A program made the position numbers and the translations under genes. From positions 24,800,001 through 24,864,000 of the forward strand of contig NC_083240.1 in assembly GCF_032191835.1 (NCBI RefSeq): a stretch of 64,000 nt of DNA. The letters are read 5' to 3'. The stretch is from Heteronotia binoei. Lineage: Eukaryota. Below are positions 57,936 through 64,000 of this stretch, piece by piece. Every line of letters starts with the position of its first letter. Within the stretch, counting starts at the first letter, position 1. Below the pieces are notes generated by a model, which had not been told where the DNA came from, searched no databases, and saw only the letters and a program-made list of their open reading frames with translations.

Positions 57936-59991
57936 AAACATGTGGAACGTTCAGATGCTATCTTGTACATATGGCATCAGACTCAATTCTTGGAGGACCT
58001 CAGCCACGTTTCAGCCATACAGAATTCCAGGGCACACTGGGTGGGAAAAGGGGGGTGGGTTCCTTATGATTCAGTAGAACCAGACCATTTCTGAAACAGA
58101 TCAGTTCGAGCAGCCTGGGCTATTTATTTGTTAAAACATTTCCTCCTTTCTTCGTGCAGCCAAAAGCGTAAGGCGCTGCCTGAAGTGCTTCGCTCCACAA
58201 AAAACGATCCTTGCACATTTGGTAACAGGTTTATCCCATGCAGCCTGAGCATTTTATGGTGTTTGCCTATGTTACAATTCTGTGCTACAGCCACCCAGTA
58301 AGGTAGACGACTTCTATTATCTGCCTATTGCCAAACTGGGGGCGGGGAAGTGAAGTGGCAAGAACACCGCTGGGTGACAGAGGGCACCCTCTCCGTTCAC
58401 AGCAAGGGCAGGACTTCACCTGCTCTCAAATCAAACATGATCTCCCGTCCTCCTCATAAAAGACTGAATTCCCAGCTGAGACCTGTTTCATCCGACACTT
58501 CAAGGCGAGAGGCCCTTTCGGTGGATGAAAAGTGAGCGTTTGGGCAGAAGAAACTCCGTGGAGCAATGGGCGAGCATTCCTCCCTGTGGGTGATGTGGAT
58601 TGAGGGCACCTGAGATCTTGCTGAGAGGCAGGCAGAAGCGTGGCAGTGATGAGGGGGGACAGCAAGGAATTAATGTCTGCAGTCGTTTCAGGGTCACACT
58701 GGCTAAAATGCTTTGCTCCATAAAGACAAACCATCGTTACAGGCAATCGTGTCCAAAAACACCAGCAGGGGCAATGTGAGCAGCACCAAATACCAAAACA
58801 GCAACCGTGGGCAGCACCCCTTTCATTGCCAACTTTAAGAATTTGGATCCCACACTCTCAGCTAATTTTTTTTTTAATGCAAAGAACCGATATTTGTTTG
58901 CTTCTGCTGTCGGAGGGGGGAGCCACCATCCAGATGGGGCTTGGGTGGCTCCCCGTGACAGTGGAGCCGTTGTCCCCAGGAGGACACAAGAGACTCTGTG
59001 CGGGCTGAGCCTGGAACAAAGGATGGGTTTGTGGGGCCTCCACGCCCCGAGCATGTGACCGATACCTGGGGCAGGTGCGAGATACTGGGCTGACGGCCAA
59101 ACTGCATGCCCCGCTCCCATTTAACTCTTCCTTTGCCATCCAGGGTGAAAACCCTGATAGTCTGGTAGGGCTTAGGGGTACGTGGTGCCTTCCCTGGAGG
59201 ATGGAGGAGCGTGTTAAGGTCTCTGCGCATACCTGGGAGGGGCTGTCAACTTGATATTTCTCCAAGGAAACGAAGCAGAGTCTTCTTTTAAAAAGGAAGA
59301 CCCTGGGGCAGAGCAGGAATGCTAGACGCTTTGCTGTTCCTGGATGGACAGCTCTCAAATCGCCTGTAATCCACCTGTGTGGATTACGACGTGCACAAAC
59401 ACACACATTTCTCTTTTTTACAGATAGCAAACAAGTGGGTATATTGAGGTCTCTGGTGAGCTGTTGCTGACCTGCCTTCTCTTCCTGGACCCCACTTTGC
59501 AATCATGCTGGGTAGCAGGAAGCTGCTGTGATTGTTCAGTGATTAGGAGAAAGCACACTACACATGCTCAGAGATGCTCCCCCCACCCCCACCCCCGTAT
59601 ATTCTTTCATGCTCTATCAGGTTTCTGAAGCTGGGCGCTGCCACAGGTTCCCAGGAGGGGTGTGCACGTGTGTGTCTCAGAGTTTTCATTGGGAGGGAGT
59701 CGGTTGCGTCCAGCTGAGAGACCAAAAACTCCTCTGGCCCAGCCCCTATCCAGAAACCAGGAGATCCAACCTGCTACTTCCACGCAGCCACTACGAACTC
59801 ATGGCCACTGCACCACAGGAGATGCAAGAGACACTGGCCAGGGAACTTTGAAGAAAGAAGCCATGTTCCTGGATGATACAAGCTGGGTCTGGGATCAGAC
59901 TTGTTGCAAGTTCTCCTCAGTGCCCAGATGATACCTGGTTTGGCTCAGCCCCTGCTATGAATAAAGCGAGGGTTTCAGCCTTCCCCTGTAT

Positions 59992-60266
59992 GCCAGTTTG
60001 GTGTAGTGGTTAAGTGCACAGGCTCTTATCTGGGAGAGCTGGGTTTGATTCCCCACTCCTCCACTCACAGCTGCTGGAATGGTCTTGGGTCAACCACAGC
60101 TCTCATAGGAGTTGCCCTTGAAAGGGCAGCTGTTGCAACAGCTCTCTCAGCGCCACCTATCTCACAGGGTGTCTGTTGTGGGGGGAGAAGATATAGGAGA
60201 TTGTGAGCTGCTCTGAGATTCAGAGTAAAGGGAGGGATATAAATCCAATATCATCATCTTCTTCTT
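59992..60266 (+). mobile_element. Squam3-like SINE, full length
   Basis: gccagtttggtgtagtggttaag...tataaatccaatatcatcatcttctt. Confidence 0.85.
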
Positions 60267-61002
60267 GCAATAGAAAACAGTATCAGGTGGTGCTGCTTTG
60301 CAAAAATCCGTGTCTTCTTGGAATGCGTGTACATTTCCTCAACACACCAAACCATGATTTTCCCTGGGACTGCTGTGGGTGGGAAAATGGAGCAGGGAGA
60401 TGGCTGAAGTCCCTTCTCTACATACTTCCATGGTCCTGATCCAAACTGGAGAACCTTACAACTGTCTGTGTTAACATCTGAATCAGGGTAGAAACCCCAG
60501 TCCCATCCAGTGTACTCTTGAAATGTGTGAACTGGCACCGATGCTAGAAGGAGACGCACCACAAACCCAGTCCAGGTAACTGGAGCAAATGGAACCAAGC
60601 CACATACCAAAGCAGAAAATGAAACCTGACAGATCAAGGTCCACCTAGACCAGCACTGTTACTATGGGCCATCAGCCAGCTGCTCCTGAAAACCTGGAAG
60701 CAGGGCAGGAATACAGTAGCCCTCCCCTGTCCTTTGCAGCTGTGTAAAGGTATGCTGTGTCTGAACAAAGGCTTCATTTAGCCAACCAAGATATTCATAC
60801 ATTGATAGGCTGAGTCCAAGGAGGCTGTCCGACTGGCTGGAGTATGTTGCTGTTGACATGTACGTGTACCTGTTTTTGTTGCCATTGGATCTTACTGTTA
60901 GTCACTATTGGCAGCTCGCGGGTTAGTGTACTGCTCATTATTTTTGCTGTCCCTGATATTCTCTGGAACACTGATCAGAAGATGACTCCTAAACTTTGGC
61001 TA

Positions 61003-61305
61003 AGAGCACTTGTTTGGTGTAGTGGTTAAGTGTGCAGACTCTTATCTGGGAGAACCGGGTTTGATTTTAAGAGCCAGTTTGGTGTATTGGTTAAGTCCGC
61101 GGACTCTTATCTGGGAGAACCGGGTTCGATTCCCCACTCCTCCGCTTACAGCTGCTGGAATGACCTTGGGTTAGCCATAGCTATCGCAGGAGTTGTCCTT
61201 GCAAGGGCAGCTGCTGTGAGAGCCCTTTCAAGAACCACTCCTGCTCCAAGTCTCTGATTCAGAGAGAAGGGTGGAGTATAAATCTGCAGTCTTCTTGTTG
61301 TTGTT
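61003..61305 (+). mobile_element. Squam3-like SINE with duplicated head
   Basis: Head 1 at 61003-61066; head 2 from 61070 continues into a full body. Confidence 0.8.
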
Positions 61306-62080
61306 AGATAGGCATAAAATATTCTTCCCAGTTTGCTTGCCCTCAGAATGTGGTATTAAAAGATAGATTGCCCCTGAACATGGAAGTTTCGTTCTCCCTG
61401 AATATTCTTGGTTTAACGGGCTCAGGGAATGGATCCAGCAAACCCATGTGGGATGGGGCAACAAATTGGAATTACAAAGAGAAATGGCGACAGTCCAACA
61501 GAAAGTGAAAGGCACAGGTGCCTCTGTTGAAATCGATGGGCCAAGGCACGTTCGTCCCTGTGTTCCAATTAGGTCTGCAGCGCCGCTATAATCCTATAAG
61601 AAAATCCTGATCCTATAAGAAAATTATTTACATATTCACGGCGTCCTGTTCAGCCGCTACTTCTCTCTGGCTCCTCTTCTCAATTCCAGCAACGTTATCT
61701 GACCCAAAGCAGAGTTTATCGGCTGCTCTTTTCCAACCCTCCTCAGGAGGGACAAACGGTCGGTCACAAATGGCCTGTTTCTGTAAACATTGCCTGCCCA
61801 AGCTTCTGTTTGCCTTGTGGGAAGGGATGGGCAGCTGTGGGAGAAGAGCACTTTCTAATTCACACAAGGGGGAAAGGTGGGGGAGGGGTGAGAAAGAAGC
61901 AGGAAGTCCAAAGACATGAAAATCCCCTCCAGCACAAGCAGTGCATACTTGAGGGGGAGAAGGGGCAGGCTAACTACAGTGTAGGCTGGCTTCAGAGACG
62001 AGTAGCTAGTTTGCATGGGCTCAGCAGGGTTGCCAACTCTGGGCTGGGATATTCCTGGAGTTCAGAGATTTTCTCTAGGA

Positions 62081-62555
62081 CAACAAACTCATTTGTTATG
62101 AGGGCCAAATCTGACATAAATGAGATCTTGTTGGGCCGGGCCATGTATGTACCTATTTAAGATTAGGTAGCAGAGATATAAACTTTATAAAGGACACAAA
62201 CACAATTAAATATTTTTTTTAACTTAAAACATGCTTTAAATGTTAGCACTTGTTGGTCTTAAAGGTGCTTTCTTTGTATTTCTCCCATGGGATCCAGGGA
62301 ACTGGGCAAAGGAAGCTGTGGCTCTTTCCTTCCTTCCACAGGGTACTGGGAAGGGAGCCTCAGCCAACATAAGTAAAAGAGGCTTGGCTCAGTAGCTGTG
62401 CCGTGCAATTGAGCAAGCCTTGCAAAGTAAGCTGTTATGCAGAAGCAAGCAGGATATAGGGAGAAGGAACCAAATGACAGACAGTTGCTCAGGGGCCTGA
62501 TAGGAGACTTCCCGGGGCCTGATTTGGCCCCCGGAATGCATGTTTGACACCTCTA
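62081..62555 (+). mobile_element. Non-autonomous hAT-like element, same family as 4808-5319
   Basis: Long collinear similarity (aactcattt.ttatgagggcca...taaactttataaaggacacaaacacaattaaatatttttt...); ends gtttgacacctct. Confidence 0.8.
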
Positions 62556-62928
62556 CTCTAGGAGAACTGATCTCTGCAGTCTGGGGGTCAGTTGCAATTC
62601 CGGAAGATCTCCAGTCTCCTCCTGGAGGCTGGTAACCCAAGCTCAGGGGCACTCTGGGTTGCAATTCCCCGTGTTCTGCTTTTAGCACGGACAGGACTGA
62701 GATGGCAAGATCTGTGCTGGAGGAAGGGAGATGAAGAGGCAAAACCTCTAGCGGTGCCACCTGCCCCTTTCCACACTCCTCTTCCCGTCTCCCATGCGGT
62801 AAATTCAATTATTTTTTCCTCTTTGAAGGAAGCTCTTTAGTTGCAGGAAACCTCCCACTCGCCTTTTTTACAATAAATCCTTCGAAAGAAGCTTTCTGTC
62901 ACTCAGAAACCTGCGCAAGCCCATCTCC

Positions 62929-62947
62929 GCGCGCCCCCTGGCGGTGG
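62929..62947 (-). promoter_or_regulatory. Candidate CTCF site (reverse orientation)
   Basis: Minus strand CCACCGCCAGGGGGCGCGC; the core CCGCCAGGGGGCGC fits the consensus. Confidence 0.65.
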
Positions 62948-62989
62948 ATATACATAACCACATCTATTCCCTGTCCTTAAAAAGGCACA

Positions 62990-63109
62990 GTGGGACTTAA
63001 ACATTGAATTCCCGTGCCGGAAGTGCCGTGTCCCTATGGTAACACACCCGGAAGTAGCCCCAATTTCGGCCTCCTCTGTCGCCCTGGTGACCGCCGGGCC
63101 CTCCCAAGG
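62990..63109 (+). promoter_or_regulatory. ABHD11: TATA-less CpG promoter of probable ABHD11
   Basis: ETS/GABP CCGGAAGT at 63017-63024 and 63048-63055 flanking an X-box-like GTCCCTATGGTAAC at 63030-63043. Confidence 0.6.
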
Positions 63110-63216
63110 ATGCTCCGCGCGCTTGCTTTCTCGAGGTGGGTTCATTCTTCCCCTCTCCGACCCCGCCTCGTTATCCTGGCGAAGGAAAGGAGGGCCCTTG
63201 CCAGCAATGCGATTAC
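63110..63216 (+). CDS. ABHD11: Probable ABHD11 coding exon 1 (mitochondrial presequence); the rest of the gene lies beyond the window
   Basis: MLRALAFSRWVHSSPLRPRLVILAKERRALASNAI(T) is Arg-rich and acid-poor and begins MLR like ABHD11; consensus donor AC|GTAAGT, phase 2; position and strand match mammalian synteny. The catalytic domain is not visible. Confidence 0.65.
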
Positions 63217-64000
63217 GTAAGTCTACCGGAAGGGGAGAAGGGGAGGGCCTAAGTTAGGCTAGGCCTTTTTTACCCCAGAGTTCCCCGCGCGGGGCTGTGA
63301 ATGGCTGGAGGTAGTTACGATTTGAATGTGGTGAATGCCCGGATGGAGCTACAGCCAGGTGCGAGTGACGCGTTAAATACGCCGAATGCCCGGATGGAAA
63401 CCTATTCCATGGACCGCTGAGCCACGTGCTCGGGTGGGGACCACTGTTATCGCCCGCCTGCCTGCCTTAATTTCAGACCTGCCTCGCACACCTATTTTTC
63501 TCCCCTAGGTGTGCACATAATATTTCATTATTAAGCACAGTGACATATATGTGTTTGATATGTTTCATGCCTCACAGAGGAAATATGTGATAATGCCCCA
63601 GCACCTGTACCGTGGAAGGTGATAGCGAGCCTCAGGAAATTCCACAGTTGCACATGACAGATTCAAAAATGTGGAAGAGCGGTGATGGGGTAGTTGATGT
63701 GTTTTTATTTCCACAGATGCTCAAGGCTGCTGAGGTTAGCATACGCTGTTAATCCTCACAACAGTCCCTTGAGGTAGTAGGGCCCAAAGAGTGGGTCACC
63801 TAGTACACTTTAGAGCTGGAGGTCAGGTCCAATCACTGCACTGCGAGGGCCTTATTTGAATACTGCTTTCAAAATGGATTTATATATAACTATTGCTGCA
63901 TTTTTATACTTATCCACTCAGTCTTGTAAAAGACCCATGTTTCCCAGTGAGTCCTGAAGACAACAGAATTCCACATGGCATCCATGTGGCATTCAGGTTT

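Noticed and set aside
58858-59502. 214-aa ORF (also 12782-13297 and 41593-42210)
   Set aside because: No recognisable motifs, atypical composition and no clear exon structure; consistent with chance ORFs in GC-rich DNA.
63333-63398. 15-bp direct repeat gaatgcccggatgga at a 51-bp period in ABHD11 intron 1
   Set aside because: Only two short copies with no associated motif; likely a local slippage duplication.

Overview
Eukaryotic vertebrate DNA, not microbial. The repeat content (Sauria SINEs, Squam-type tRNA-derived SINEs, CR1/L2/BovB LINE fragments, many hAT MITEs) points to a squamate reptile, probably a gecko; this is inference from repeat families. The window covers the claudin part of the Williams-Beuren syntenic block. 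In order: METTL27 (+, five coding exons, 711-nt CDS, 236 aa), an extra unnamed classic claudin (-, 215 aa, spliced 5' UTR), CLDN4 (-, 209 aa), CLDN3 (+, 214 aa), and a likely first coding exon of ABHD11 (+) at the right edge. Most remaining ORFs in the track are spurious or repeat-derived. No tRNA, rRNA or CRISPR features are supported. Main points for follow-up: (1) the third claudin has a more acidic first extracellular loop; (2) CLDN3 has Pro->Thr in the enterotoxin-binding motif; (3) an orphan CRE-CRE-TATA-X-box promoter module lies upstream of METTL27; (4) a convergent CTCF pair brackets the three claudins; (5) a near-perfect 115-bp intronic foldback; (6) a ~143-bp degenerate tandem array carrying repeated AATAAA between convergent genes. 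Gene coordinates were hand-counted to the base; repeat boundaries are approximate unless a TSD is given. No database searches were run.
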